Virus record (IMG/VR): IMGVR_UViG_3300037722_000889
Location: 1-64,000 of that record
Source: a virus
Taxonomy: Duplodnaviria; Caudoviricetes
DNA length: 64,000 nt
Reading direction: 5' to 3' (one strand)
Part shown: positions 43,792 through 54,167 of the stretch, in pieces
Position numbering within the stretch: the first letter of the stretch is position 1
How the letters are laid out: every line of letters begins with the position of its first letter
Notes under the pieces: model-generated
What the model was told of the DNA's origin: nothing
Databases searched by the model: none
What the model saw: only the letters and a program-made list of their open reading frames with translations
Made by a program: the position numbers and the translations under genes

Positions 43792-44096
43792 GCACAACGC
43801 TGCACGTCACCCAGGGAGAGACCACCGTTTCCCGCCTGCGCCTGACCGAGGACGGCGTGGCCGTGCCGGACCATACCAGCGTCACGCGCGCCATCCTCGA
43901 CGTGGAGGGCGTGCTGACGATGGACTCGGCGGACGACCCAGGTCACTTCGACCTGACTGAGCCTGCCTACCTGGGCGTGGTCCTGGGCACGCTGCCGCTG
44001 CAGCCGGGCGTCTACTGGGCCACGCTGACCGTCTTCTCGGCCCTGCACCCCACCGGCATCGCGTGGCGCCCCCTCCTGCGGCTGCGGGTCGAATGA
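43788..44096 (+). CDS. Putative small virion or adaptor protein
   Basis: 102-aa beta-rich (Ig/BppU-like) ORF; GAGG SD. Confidence 0.6.
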   Translation: MSTTLHVTQGETTVSRLRLTEDGVAVPDHTSVTRAILDVEGVLTMDSADDPGHFDLTEPAYLGVVLGTLPLQPGVYWATLTVFSALHPTGIAWRPLLRLRVE

Positions 44097-45829
44097 ACAG
44101 CCAGGCGGAGGCGTTCATGGCGCGCCTACGGGCCGCCGTCTCGACAGTGCGCGACCTCTCACGCACGTCCGAGTGGATCTGCTCCCGCACCACTCACCCC
44201 CGCGATCGCACGCAGCCCTGGTCCTTCAAGGACCACGAGATGCAGATCGAGATCGCCAACTGCGACGCGCCCAAGGCCTGCACCCGAAAGTGCTCCCAGG
44301 TCGGCCTGTCGGAGCTGTCCGTGCGCATCGTTCTGGCCCTGCTGGACATCTACCCGAACTCGACGGCCATCTACACCCTGCCGACCACCGGCTTTGCCCG
44401 CAAGTTCACCAAGGCCCGCATCGATACCGTGATCGACGGCTCTGACCATCTCAGCAGCATGCTGGATCCGGACAACGACAGCTCGGAGCTGAAGCAGCTG
44501 GGCGGCTCGTTCCTGTACATCTCCGGCTCGTTTGGCCAGGGCTCCGCCATCTCGGTGCCGGCGGACTTCCTGGTCCGGGACGAAGTGGACTTCTCCAACC
44601 AGGTGGCGCTCAGCACCTACGCCAGCCGCCTGGGCCATGCCGAGAACGGCGGCATCACCCGGGACTTCTCCACGCCCACGGTCGAGGGGTATGGCATCAG
44701 CGAGAAGTTCGCCAAGTCGACCCAGGCGCGCTACGCCGTACGCTGTGACCATTGCAGCACCTGGGTGGCGCCGGGCTTCCTGGACGACGTGGTCATCCCC
44801 GGCTACCAGGACTCCATCCTGGAGCTGGACAAGTCGGACCTGGAGAACCCCAAGTACCGCATCGGCGAGGCGTTCCTGAAGTGCCCCTCCTGCCACAGCC
44901 CGCTGACCCAGGCCAACCTGTGTGACCCGGACAAGCGCCAGTGGGTGCACGCGCATGAGATCGGGACCAAGGAATACGTCGGCTTCCAGGTGGAGCCCTT
45001 CGACGTGGCCGCGGTCAACCCGGTCAGCAAGACCTTGATGTCGCTGAGCGAATACAAGAAGAAGGCCGACTGGGTCAATTTCAAGGTCGGACTGCCCTAC
45101 GAGGACGCCGAGTCCTCCTTCCTGAAGGAAGTGATCACCCGCAACACCACGCTCTCCTGGCTGCAGCCCCGGGAGCTGGCCGGGTCCGGCTTCATCCTGG
45201 GCATGGACGTCGGCAAGGTCTGCCACCTGGTGATCGGCCGGCGGGACAAGCACTACCTCGATGTCGTGCATGCCGAGCGGATCAAGCAGGACGACGATGA
45301 CGCCATTTTCAAGCGGGTTGTCGAGCTGCTGCGGATGTACGGGGTCTCCAAGGCCGTGGTGGACGCCGGCCCGGACTTCACGACTGCCCTGAAACTGATC
45401 GGTCATGGCTACCTAAATCAAGTATTTGCGTGCTATTATGTACGTAGTACTCGAGCTTCTCTGGCCAACGTGGATGTGAAGGAGGTGGAGCAGGTGATCA
45501 ACGCGAACCGCACCGGCACCATCGACGAGCTGGCCAAGACGGTCAACAAGGGCCAGATGCGCTTCGCCCGGATGGAGGAGATGTCCGTCATCGCGAGCCA
45601 CTTGAGCAACGTCAAGCGCATCGAGACGGAAAACGGCCGGGGCGAACGCGTCGCCTCCTGGGTGAAGACCGGCGACGACCATTACGCCCACGCCCTGAAC
45701 TACCTGCACATGGCGGATTCCATGCTGGGGTTCCGTGGCAAGCACGCCCCGATTGCCGCCCTGCCGCTGATCGGCAAGGCCCAGATCAAGACCGAACCGG
45801 AGCACGTGGAATCCCAACTCCTACAATGA
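44093..45829 (+). CDS. terL: Terminase large subunit (lambda GpA-like)
   Basis: KCSQVGLSE, RDEVD, FSTPT, CDHC/CPSC, nuclease motif GMDVG, DDHYAHA. Confidence 0.92.
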   Translation: MNSQAEAFMARLRAAVSTVRDLSRTSEWICSRTTHPRDRTQPWSFKDHEMQIEIANCDAPKACTRKCSQVGLSELSVRIVLALLDIYPNSTAIYTLPTTGFARKFTKARIDTVIDGSDHLSSMLDPDNDSSELKQLGGSFLYISGSFGQGSAISVPADFLVRDEVDFSNQVALSTYASRLGHAENGGITRDFSTPTVEGYGISEKFAKSTQARYAVRCDHCSTWVAPGFLDDVVIPGYQDSILELDKSDLENPKYRIGEAFLKCPSCHSPLTQANLCDPDKRQWVHAHEIGTKEYVGFQVEPFDVAAVNPVSKTLMSLSEYKKKADWVNFKVGLPYEDAESSFLKEVITRNTTLSWLQPRELAGSGFILGMDVGKVCHLVIGRRDKHYLDVVHAERIKQDDDDAIFKRVVELLRMYGVSKAVVDAGPDFTTALKLIGHGYLNQVFACYYVRSTRASLANVDVKEVEQVINANRTGTIDELAKTVNKGQMRFARMEEMSVIASHLSNVKRIETENGRGERVASWVKTGDDHYAHALNYLHMADSMLGFRGKHAPIAALPLIGKAQIKTEPEHVESQLLQ

Positions 45830-45837
45830 GGTAGGTT

Positions 45838-47268
45838 ATGGCCCTGGCACCAAAACAACTCGTGATGCCCCGCAGCCTTGCCACCAAGGCGAAGACGGTC
45901 GGCCCGGCCTCTGGCCTGGAGAAGGGCGCGGAAATCCGCAAGCCTAGCCAGCTGATCCAGGCGGAGTCGGTACGCTCGCTGCGCAACCAGGGCCGCATCG
46001 CCGAGGCGGTGCGCCGGCTGGCCCGGGTCGACGGGACCACCTCGGCGGCCGTGTTCACCTATGTCCAGGTGGCCAATTCCGGCTACACCATCAAGGCCTA
46101 CGATGGCAGCACGCACGAGTTCAGCGCCGAGGGGACTCAGATTGCCCGCTCGGTCGCGGCCGGCATGGACACGCTCTACGACTACAGCGAGAAATTCTCG
46201 GACAAGCGGACCATGGATGCCCTGATCGAATCCGGCCTGCTCGAGGTCGTGCTGACCGGCGCTGTCGCCGGCGAACTGGTTCTGGACAAGCAGCGCCTGC
46301 CTAGTCACATCAACTTCATTCCCTACGAGCAGATCACCTACAAGGCCAAGGGCGACGGGCGCATGTACCCGCGCCAGCAGCCGACCACCGGCGAGGCCGT
46401 GGACCTGGACGAGCCGACCGTCTGGATCGCTGAGTCGCACAAGCAGGCGCACGTGGCCTATTCCAGTTCCATGATGGAGTCCGCCATCGAGATGGCGTTT
46501 TACTTCATGGAGTTCATCGAGGACATGCGCCGCGCGGTGCGCCGCTCCGGCCACACCCGGCTGCTGGTGAAGATCGTCTCCGAGAAGGTCATGGCTTCCG
46601 CCCCGTCGGACGTGCAGTCGGATCCGAAGAAGCTGAAGGTATACCTCGAGCAAATCCGCGACGAGGTTGTGGCGACGGTCAACAGCCTGGAGCCGGAAGA
46701 CGCCTTGGTCGCGTTCGACGCGGTCGAGATGAGCGCCATCAAGGCCGACGGCGACAAGACCGACTACAAGGAGCTGCTGACCGCCCTGTCCGGGATCCTG
46801 GCCACCAGCCTCAAGTCGCACCCGTCGATCCTCGGCCTGCGCCTGTCCGGTAGCCAGAGCCTGTCGAACACGGAAAGCCTGGTGTTCCTGAAGATCGCTC
46901 GCTCGATCCAGAAGCCGGTGGAGCAGTTCATGAGCCGCGCGCTGACGCTGGCCGTACGTCTGTACGGCGGCGACTACTACGTGCACTTCCGCTTTGACCC
47001 CATCGACCTGCGCCCCGAGCACGAGCTGGAGGCGTTTCGCACCATGCGCCAGCAGCGCATCCTGGAGCAGCTGTCCTACGGCTTCATCACGGACGAGGAG
47101 GCGGCCGAGGCGATGGGTACCGGCGTGCGGCCGCCCGGGGCACCGCCGCTCAGCGGCACCATGTTCTTCAGCCGTTCCGGCGCCAACAGCACGGAAACAC
47201 CTGATGACCCGCAGGGCCGCGCCCTGCAACCGGACACCCCTGACAAGGCCGGGGGCGACAGCCAGTAA
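45838..47268 (+). CDS. Portal protein
   Basis: 476 aa between TerL and the protease; helical; typical C-terminal FDPIDLRP..LEQLSYGFITDEEA. Confidence 0.8.
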   Translation: MALAPKQLVMPRSLATKAKTVGPASGLEKGAEIRKPSQLIQAESVRSLRNQGRIAEAVRRLARVDGTTSAAVFTYVQVANSGYTIKAYDGSTHEFSAEGTQIARSVAAGMDTLYDYSEKFSDKRTMDALIESGLLEVVLTGAVAGELVLDKQRLPSHINFIPYEQITYKAKGDGRMYPRQQPTTGEAVDLDEPTVWIAESHKQAHVAYSSSMMESAIEMAFYFMEFIEDMRRAVRRSGHTRLLVKIVSEKVMASAPSDVQSDPKKLKVYLEQIRDEVVATVNSLEPEDALVAFDAVEMSAIKADGDKTDYKELLTALSGILATSLKSHPSILGLRLSGSQSLSNTESLVFLKIARSIQKPVEQFMSRALTLAVRLYGGDYYVHFRFDPIDLRPEHELEAFRTMRQQRILEQLSYGFITDEEAAEAMGTGVRPPGAPPLSGTMFFSRSGANSTETPDDPQGRALQPDTPDKAGGDSQ

Positions 47269-47304
47269 GGGCGACCTACTCCCACTTTCATTGAGGAAAG
47301 CGGC

Positions 47305-48816
47305 ATGACCATCGAAACCAAGTTCTGGCTGGGCGACCTTTCCAGCTACCAGCTCTGCCTCGACGCCATTGCGGCCGAGGCTGCCATGTCGCCGGAAGCG
47401 CGGGCCAACAACCCGTTCGACGACGAGGACGACGAGTTCGACGGGTACGGCTACCTCGTGCAGCGCCACGGCGATACCGCCATCCTGTCCGTGCACGGCC
47501 CCTTGACCAACCGCGACAGCATGTGGAACCGGTTCTTCGGCGTGACCAGCTACGGCGAGATCCGCAACGCGCTCTCCGCCGCGGTCAACAACGGCGACAT
47601 CAAGGACATCCTGCTGGACGTCGACAGCCCTGGCGGCGCGGCCAAGGGCACCTCGGAGGCGGCTGACTTTATTGCCCGGGTCGATGCCGAGCACAAGCCG
47701 GTGTACGCGCACACCTCCGGCGACATGATGAGCGCCGCGTACTGGCTGGGCAGCGCCGCGCGCAAGATCACCGCCACTTCCATGTCCAGCGTCGGTTCCA
47801 TCGGCGTCATCGCCGTGCACCGCGAGTTCACCGCGGCCCTGGCCCAGGGCGGCATCAAGGCCACCGTACTGCGCGAAGGCAAGTACAAGGCGCTGGGCTC
47901 TCCCTACGAAAAACTCACCGATGAGGCCAAGGCGCACCTGCAGCAGAGCCTGTCGGACATGTACGGCTTTTTCACCGGCGCCGTGGCAGAAAATCGAGGT
48001 TTGCCAATCGATTACATCCTGGAGAAGGCGGCGGAAGGCCGTGAGTTCTGGGGGCCGGATGCCATGGCCGTCGGCCTGGTGGATGAAATTTCGACCCTTG
48101 AAGAGGTTGTAAATCAACTGGATAGGGGGCATAATTCGAAACAACATGAAGTTCACATGTCGAACCACAGGGGCCTTCAGCCTATGACCACCAAAAGCAA
48201 GCGAGTAGTAATCACCGCCGCCGCTCAGCAGGCCATCCAGGCTGGCGTTCCCGAAGCCGAGGCCCTCGAGCTGCACGGTGCGGTCGAGACCGATGCAGAC
48301 GCGGAGGCCCAGGCCGCTGCTGAAGCCGCTGCCGCCGCGGAGGCCCAGGCCGCTGCCGAAGGCGGCGCGGAAGGCGAGGGCAGTGAAGCTGCCGCCGGGG
48401 AAGGCGTGACCGCCGAGACGGTCTCCACCCCGGACACCTCCGCCATCGATGCGCTGTCCCGCCAGATCAGCGAGCTGAACACTGCCCTGGTCGATACCAA
48501 GGTGGAGCTGGCCCAGGCCAACACCGCCCTGGCCAAGGCCACCGCTGCCGAATCCGGGCTGTTGGACATCGCCCGCGCCTCGGTGCAGAAGATGCAGATT
48601 GCCTTGGGCGGTTCGCCCCAGGATCTCAACCACCTTGACGCCACCACGCTGCTGCAGCAGCACGCAGCCGTGGAAAAGGCGTTTCTCGAGCGGTACCCGG
48701 TCGGTGGCAAGGGCAAGGTTTCCAGCGACAAGCTGGAAGTCGTGACCGATGCTCCGGCCATGCACTCCCCGGCCGTAAAGCGAGCCGTTTCTTTCTCCAA
48801 AACCAATGAGGGTTAA
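47305..48816 (+). CDS. S49 prohead protease with C-terminal scaffold
   Basis: LDVDSPGG, SAAYWLGS, VGSIGVI, GLVDEI; Ala/Glu-rich coiled C-terminus. Confidence 0.92.
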   Translation: MTIETKFWLGDLSSYQLCLDAIAAEAAMSPEARANNPFDDEDDEFDGYGYLVQRHGDTAILSVHGPLTNRDSMWNRFFGVTSYGEIRNALSAAVNNGDIKDILLDVDSPGGAAKGTSEAADFIARVDAEHKPVYAHTSGDMMSAAYWLGSAARKITATSMSSVGSIGVIAVHREFTAALAQGGIKATVLREGKYKALGSPYEKLTDEAKAHLQQSLSDMYGFFTGAVAENRGLPIDYILEKAAEGREFWGPDAMAVGLVDEISTLEEVVNQLDRGHNSKQHEVHMSNHRGLQPMTTKSKRVVITAAAQQAIQAGVPEAEALELHGAVETDADAEAQAAAEAAAAAEAQAAAEGGAEGEGSEAAAGEGVTAETVSTPDTSAIDALSRQISELNTALVDTKVELAQANTALAKATAAESGLLDIARASVQKMQIALGGSPQDLNHLDATTLLQQHAAVEKAFLERYPVGGKGKVSSDKLEVVTDAPAMHSPAVKRAVSFSKTNEG

Positions 48817-48821
48817 TTGTC

Positions 48822-49268
48822 ATGACGGACTTCGTTTTCACTGACCTCGTCAAGGACCCGCCCGCCCGGGTCGAGTCTGCCGCGCTGGGTGCAAGTACTT
48901 CCGCCAAGATGGTCACTGCCGACGAAGGCAAGGCCGTCACGCTGGCTTCCAGCAACAACTATGTTCTCGCCGGCGTCGGCGACGAGATCGAGGGCTTCGT
49001 CAGCTCGGTCGAGCCGTACACCGTCAACGGTGGATTCTCGTTCGGCGGCGTGAAGCGCGACGGCCGCATGATCTGCGAGGTGGACGCCTCGCAGGTCAGC
49101 ACCGTGGCCGTAGGCGGCCTCGTGGTCGCAGGTACCCAGGCAGCTCTGGGCACCGCAGGCCTGCCGACCGTCAAGGGCGGCACGCCGACCATCTTCCTGT
49201 GGCGCGTCCTGCGCATCCTGACGGGTACCGGCGCTGCCGGCGACACTGTCCTCATCGAACGCGTCTAA
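48822..49268 (+). CDS. Head decoration or cement protein
   Basis: 148-aa beta-rich ORF between protease and capsid gene. Confidence 0.65.
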   Translation: MTDFVFTDLVKDPPARVESAALGASTSAKMVTADEGKAVTLASSNNYVLAGVGDEIEGFVSSVEPYTVNGGFSFGGVKRDGRMICEVDASQVSTVAVGGLVVAGTQAALGTAGLPTVKGGTPTIFLWRVLRILTGTGAAGDTVLIERV

Positions 49269-49279
49269 GGAGACCTGAG

Positions 49280-50464
49280 ATGCCCAAGTACAACATCGTA
49301 GACGCACAGGGCCAGCGCGCTGAACTGGACCTGGACGTGACCGCCTACAAGGCAGCCGCTGACAAGGGCCTGTCCCTGACCCAGTACCTGCAGAACGCCT
49401 ACCCGTCCGACCTGAAGGAAGGCACCACCCTGGAGCAGTGCATGGCCTCCGCGGGCATGTTCTTGCGCCCTGACCCGGCCACCGGCCTGACCCCGCCCAC
49501 GATGAAGTCCATCATGGACGGCAGCCTGGACGTGAACATGGGCGCCATCAACCGCAACGACGGCAGCAGCAACAACACCCCGTCCGGACGGCTGCTGTTC
49601 CCGGAAGTGATCATGCAGCTGATCCAGAGCGAGCTGACCACGAACAACGAGGACTTCCTGGGCGGCTACAACAGCATGATCGCCTCCACGGCGTTCGTGA
49701 ACTCGCCCAAGATCGACCAGCCCGTCATCAACGTGAAGGCGCCGGAAGATTCCGAGGCCCAGCCCATTTCGCAGCTGGCGGAACCGGCCATCATGGTCAC
49801 CATCACGGTGAACGAGAAGTCGATGCGGATCCCGACCAAGTCCATCGGTCTGACCATCTCCGACGAAGCCACCGCGGCCAGTACCCTGGACCTGGTGGGT
49901 CTCGCCATGACCGCACAGGCTCGCGGCGAACGCATTCGCACCGTCGAAGGTCAGCTGGCTGGCATGCTGAGCGGCGATGCGGACGTGGGCGAGGTTGCTC
50001 TCGATTCCGTCCAAGCGGACTCCTTCGACGACACCATCGCGGCTGCCGGCGCCATCTCCCACAAGGCATGGGTGAAGTACCTGCGTGCCAACTACCGGAA
50101 GATGACCATCACGGACATTATCTGTGACATCGACACGGCCCTGGCCATCGAAGGCCGTTCCGGCAAGCCGACCATCAATAGCGACGACCCCAACTCGCCG
50201 CGCATTGATGCGCTGTTCACCCTGCAGAACCTGGGCATCTCCGCCCCGCGCATCCTGCTGGTGGACACTGCCGTGACCGGTGCCAACACCATCGTCGGCC
50301 TCGACCGCCGGTACGCCATCCGTCGCGTGGTTAACGTGGCAGCCTCCTACAGCGCCATCGAGCAGTACGTGATGCGCCGGGCTACCTCGTTCCGTGTCGA
50401 CTTCGGCGAGATCGCGCACAAGCTGATGACCGACGCGTGGTCGAAGATGACCCTGACGGTGTAA
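49280..50464 (+). CDS. Major capsid protein
   Basis: 394 aa; position in the head module; AAGGAG SD; strong codon bias; followed by a terminator. Confidence 0.85.
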   Translation: MPKYNIVDAQGQRAELDLDVTAYKAAADKGLSLTQYLQNAYPSDLKEGTTLEQCMASAGMFLRPDPATGLTPPTMKSIMDGSLDVNMGAINRNDGSSNNTPSGRLLFPEVIMQLIQSELTTNNEDFLGGYNSMIASTAFVNSPKIDQPVINVKAPEDSEAQPISQLAEPAIMVTITVNEKSMRIPTKSIGLTISDEATAASTLDLVGLAMTAQARGERIRTVEGQLAGMLSGDADVGEVALDSVQADSFDDTIAAAGAISHKAWVKYLRANYRKMTITDIICDIDTALAIEGRSGKPTINSDDPNSPRIDALFTLQNLGISAPRILLVDTAVTGANTIVGLDRRYAIRRVVNVAASYSAIEQYVMRRATSFRVDFGEIAHKLMTDAWSKMTLTV

Positions 50465-50491
50465 GGCTGAGCCTGCTCAGTGAACCGACAA

Positions 50492-50516
50492 ACGGAGGCC
50501 TGTCGGCCTCCGTTTT
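50492..50516 (+). terminator. Rho-independent terminator
   Basis: ACGGAGGC-CTGTCG-GCCTCCGT-TTT. Confidence 0.7.
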
Positions 50517-50540
50517 CACATGAAGACCAAGGAGGCCGTA

Positions 50541-50996
50541 ATGGCTTTGCAGAAAAATAGTTCCGCCCCGCAACCTGCCGCTCAGGCAGTCACGCCCGAA
50601 GCCCTGGCTGAAGCCGAAGCCAAGGCAGCCGCTGAAGCTGAAGCCGAAGCCAAGGCAGCTGCTGAAGCTGAAGCCGAAGCCAAGGCAGCTGCTGAAGCCG
50701 CCCTGGCGGCCAAAATCGCAGGCATCGAGGCCAACAACGAGGCCGCCGCCAAGGCCGCTGAAGCCGAAGCCAAGGCCCGTGCCAAAGAGGACCAGGCCAC
50801 CATGAAGCAGTCCGGTGCCAAGGAAGTGAAAGTGAAAGGCGTGGAGCCGGGTCAGTACCGCTCGAAGCGGTTCAAGATGCACGACCCCTACACCAACCTG
50901 ACGTTCTCGCCCAGCCGACCGACCACGGTCGGCAAGGTGACCAGCTGGTTCGCCTGTCAGGTGCAGGCCGGCCTGCTGATTCGCTGCGGAGACTGA
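50541..50996 (+). CDS. Ala/Glu/Lys-repeat virion-region protein
   Basis: 30-nt tandem unit encoding AEAEAKAAAE, x3, at about 50607-50700; GGAGG SD. Confidence 0.75.
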   Translation: MALQKNSSAPQPAAQAVTPEALAEAEAKAAAEAEAEAKAAAEAEAEAKAAAEAALAAKIAGIEANNEAAAKAAEAEAKARAKEDQATMKQSGAKEVKVKGVEPGQYRSKRFKMHDPYTNLTFSPSRPTTVGKVTSWFACQVQAGLLIRCGD

Positions 50997-51002
50997 TGAG
51001 CC

Positions 51003-51476
51003 ATGGCCCAGCCTATCACCGCGTACACCGACACGGACGCCATCCGTTCCGCCCTGGGGGTCACCGACAATGAGGTGACCGACGCCATGCTGGTGGATCA
51101 GCGGCTGGCCCTGGAGCTGACGGTGGACCTGGATGGCTGGGCCGACGGCCATGCCGCGGCCTTCGCGGCCGGCAGCCTGCAGGGGGCCGATGCGGCCGCC
51201 CAGCTGAAGGCCAACTACATCTCCCTCTACGCGCAGTGGTACTGCGCCGAGCGGGTGATCACGAACATGAAGCTGGCCATCCCGCAGATGATCTCGGACG
51301 GCAAGACCGAGATGCGCCGGTTCCAGATGATGGACATGGATGCGGTGGAGCGGGCGGCATCCGCGCGCGCCGCCCACTACAAGAGCCTGCTGTCGCTGGC
51401 CCTGGGTGGCACGGCCGAGACCGTGATGTCCTTCGCCAGCCGCAGCACGCCTACCTATGACCCGGTGACCGGGTGA
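51003..51476 (+). CDS. Head-tail adaptor
   Basis: Position and size; YTDTDAIRSALGVTDNE start. Confidence 0.6.
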   Translation: MAQPITAYTDTDAIRSALGVTDNEVTDAMLVDQRLALELTVDLDGWADGHAAAFAAGSLQGADAAAQLKANYISLYAQWYCAERVITNMKLAIPQMISDGKTEMRRFQMMDMDAVERAASARAAHYKSLLSLALGGTAETVMSFASRSTPTYDPVTG

Positions 51477-52066
51477 AGCTGAGCCAGGCCATCCAGTATT
51501 TCGCCACCGTGCACCTGGATGGCTGGGACGGCACGGACTGGGTGACCGGGGTAGTCGCAGGCGACTTCTTGGCGTTTGACCGGTTCATCACCGACCGCAG
51601 CTTCGGGCAAAAGAAGCGCATGTTCATGACCGGCGGCGACACGGTCATTCCTGATCAGTACAAGGTCGTCCGGTCCCCTGAAGGCGTGCGCTACCTCGTA
51701 GGGGCGCTCAACGTCGACATCGCCCACAACGAGACCTACGGGCGCACGTACTTGCTGCAAGAGTGCATGGGTACCGCGGAATTGTTCCGCTTCGGCGACG
51801 TGAAGGCCGCTTCCGGCCTGAACGGCACCAAGCAGGAGATCTCCGCCGGCACGGTGTTCTGCGATTCCGAGCGCATCACCTATGAAAATTCCAAGGAGTA
51901 CCTCGGCGTGCGCTACAGCTCGCACAGCGTCTTCCTGCCCGAGGGCACCGTCATCGACACCACTTACCAGATTCAGCTGGATGGGCACCGCTACGAGGTC
52001 CTCGAGGTCAACCGCCTCCTGAAGACGGTAGAGGCGCGCGCCGTCAAGCTGGGAGCCTCGGCATGA
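51473..52066 (+). CDS. Head closure or neck protein
   Basis: Position; beta-rich; GTGA overlap. Confidence 0.55.
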   Translation: MKLSQAIQYFATVHLDGWDGTDWVTGVVAGDFLAFDRFITDRSFGQKKRMFMTGGDTVIPDQYKVVRSPEGVRYLVGALNVDIAHNETYGRTYLLQECMGTAELFRFGDVKAASGLNGTKQEISAGTVFCDSERITYENSKEYLGVRYSSHSVFLPEGTVIDTTYQIQLDGHRYEVLEVNRLLKTVEARAVKLGASA

Positions 52067-52512
52067 GCGAATTCATCAAGCCCATGAAGTCCACCATCGA
52101 CCAGCTGGGCGTGGCCATCGGCGCCAACTACATGGCCGGCGACATCGCGGTCATCGACCTGACCGACAACGTCAACGTGGAGGAGCTTCTGGCCTCGCCT
52201 GACCCTGCCATCGTGTGGGAGCTGGGCACCATGAACCCGGCGCCCCGGGAGCCCATGTGGGACGTCTCCTTCGTGATCGGGGCCAAGACCGCCAAGGACC
52301 CGGCCCGCTACGAGCAGATGTCCCTCATCGAGGCGGTCAACGCCGCGGTGAAGCAGGGCAGTGACATCCAGGTGCGCGACTACTCCGGCGAGACGGCCGG
52401 TGCGATCGTGGGCTACCTGCACATCACCTGGGTAGGCCTGGATCCGGCCCAGGGCGATCGCTTTTCCGGGGTGCGGCTGGTGTCCGTGCGCGGCAAGGCG
52501 GTCAGCTACTGA
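52063..52512 (+). CDS. Tail terminator-like protein
   Basis: Position; acidic, 149 aa. Confidence 0.5.
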   Translation: MSEFIKPMKSTIDQLGVAIGANYMAGDIAVIDLTDNVNVEELLASPDPAIVWELGTMNPAPREPMWDVSFVIGAKTAKDPARYEQMSLIEAVNAAVKQGSDIQVRDYSGETAGAIVGYLHITWVGLDPAQGDRFSGVRLVSVRGKAVSY

Positions 52513-52513
52513 G

Positions 52514-53227
52514 ATGGCGACCCGCGTCACGGTCACCGGCCCGACCTCGGCGCAGTTCAATGTGAAGCTGGGCAACGAAGTCATGAAGGCAGCCGCGCCC
52601 AAGATCTCGGCCGCCAAGGCCCGCCAGCTGTCCCAGCTGTCCCAGGCGCATTACCGGAACGTCGTCTCCGAGGTGCAGAAGTTCCTGACCAGCCCCGGGC
52701 GCACGGGAATCGAGTCTGGAGGCGCGCAGACCGTCGCCGTGACCGACCCCACGGGCAGCACCACTTCCGTGCGAACGGTCAACTGGGCGCCGCTCAGCAA
52801 AGCCTACGCCAAGCGCAAGCCCAAGAGCACGACCTTCTGGCGCAAGCGCCTCACCGGCGGCCTGCTCTCGAAGTTCGGCGCCATGGCCCCGCCCGGCACC
52901 GAGTCCACCCGGGCGCGCACCGTCTCGATCACGACCACAAAAAAGAGCGCCAGGTCCCTGATTGAAGTGACCTTTTCCGGCCTGCCGCGGCCCATGGACA
53001 GTTACATCACGAAGTCCTTCCTGGACGGCCTGAAAGGGCAGACGGTGCACGACCGCGGGTACGTGGACGCGGATATGACCAGGATCATCGGCGGCAGCGG
53101 GGAAGACGTCATCGGCCGGGACTCGCTCGGCACCTTCGTCTACGTGGAATCCAAGCGGCCCGTAATCTCACTAATCGCTTCAACTTTGGGTCGCAAACTA
53201 TTGAAGGTATTGCGCTTGAGCCTATAA
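52514..53227 (+). CDS. Tail completion or neck protein
   Basis: Basic; WAPLSKAYAKRK motif typical of virion morphogenesis proteins. Confidence 0.55.
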   Translation: MATRVTVTGPTSAQFNVKLGNEVMKAAAPKISAAKARQLSQLSQAHYRNVVSEVQKFLTSPGRTGIESGGAQTVAVTDPTGSTTSVRTVNWAPLSKAYAKRKPKSTTFWRKRLTGGLLSKFGAMAPPGTESTRARTVSITTTKKSARSLIEVTFSGLPRPMDSYITKSFLDGLKGQTVHDRGYVDADMTRIIGGSGEDVIGRDSLGTFVYVESKRPVISLIASTLGRKLLKVLRLSL

Positions 53228-53286
53228 CCCGTGATACAATGACGGGGACGATTTACGTACACCCATCTCAATGAGGAGATACCCAG

Positions 53287-54102
53287 ATGGCACTCGGAAC
53301 ACCGAAGACCCAGAAGTACAAGATCGGGACTGCTGAGGTCCGCGTTGGACCCCTGTCTCTGGCCGGCAAGCTGACCCAGTCCCACTCCGTGGGCCTCCTG
53401 GACAACGTGACCGTCGAAGTGGCCCAGGAATCCCTGGATCTCGAGGGCGGGTTCCCCAAGGTTGCGGTTGACACTGCCGTCATCAAGCAGACCTCCAGCC
53501 TCACGGCCACCCTGCGCGAGTATTCTCGTCGCAACCTGCAGCTGATGCTGGGTGAGGGCGTGTCCGGCTCCGAGCCGGCTGACTTCGCTACCACCCTGGC
53601 TAGCGACGCTGCCGCCGCTGCCGTGTCCATCACCCTGGACACCGGCGCCGGTGCCAGCGTGGATGAAGGTCAGCTGCTGGTGCTGTACACGGTTGGCTCG
53701 CCCGAGAAGATCTCGGTCGTGCGCGTGTCGGCCATCACCGGTGACGTCCTGACCCTGGACGACGGTACCCCGCTGATGCACGCCTACACCGTGGCCGGCA
53801 CCGTCGTGTACGCGGCTCACCCCGTGGCTATCGGCGCCATCACCCAGACCAACTACTTCGCGGTCCAGGTGCTGCAGACCGAGCGCGCCACTGGCCGCCC
53901 GATTGGCTACAACTTCTGGAAGGCCGCCATCTCCAGCGGCATGAACGACGGCTCCAACGCCGACGACTTCGCTTCCACCGAGCTGGGCCTGAAGCTGCTG
54001 GTACCGGCGGCTGCCGAGTACGACACCGGCGGCGATCTGGAGCACCTGGCCAACATCATCCCCACCCATCCCACCGGCCTGTACTTCGGCGGCGGAGACT
54101 AA
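53287..54102 (+). CDS. Major tail (tube) protein
   Basis: 271 aa; strong SD and codon bias; followed by a terminator, then chaperone and TMP genes. Confidence 0.75.
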   Translation: MALGTPKTQKYKIGTAEVRVGPLSLAGKLTQSHSVGLLDNVTVEVAQESLDLEGGFPKVAVDTAVIKQTSSLTATLREYSRRNLQLMLGEGVSGSEPADFATTLASDAAAAAVSITLDTGAGASVDEGQLLVLYTVGSPEKISVVRVSAITGDVLTLDDGTPLMHAYTVAGTVVYAAHPVAIGAITQTNYFAVQVLQTERATGRPIGYNFWKAAISSGMNDGSNADDFASTELGLKLLVPAAAEYDTGGDLEHLANIIPTHPTGLYFGGGD

Positions 54103-54131
54103 TCAACGCCCTCCTCCTGCGTTGCACCTTT

Positions 54132-54154
54132 GCCCCCTTTTCAGGGGGCTTTTC
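54132..54154 (+). terminator. Rho-independent terminator
   Basis: GCCCCCT-TTTC-AGGGGGC-TTTTT. Confidence 0.85.
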
Positions 54155-54167
54155 TTTGGAGGCCTGA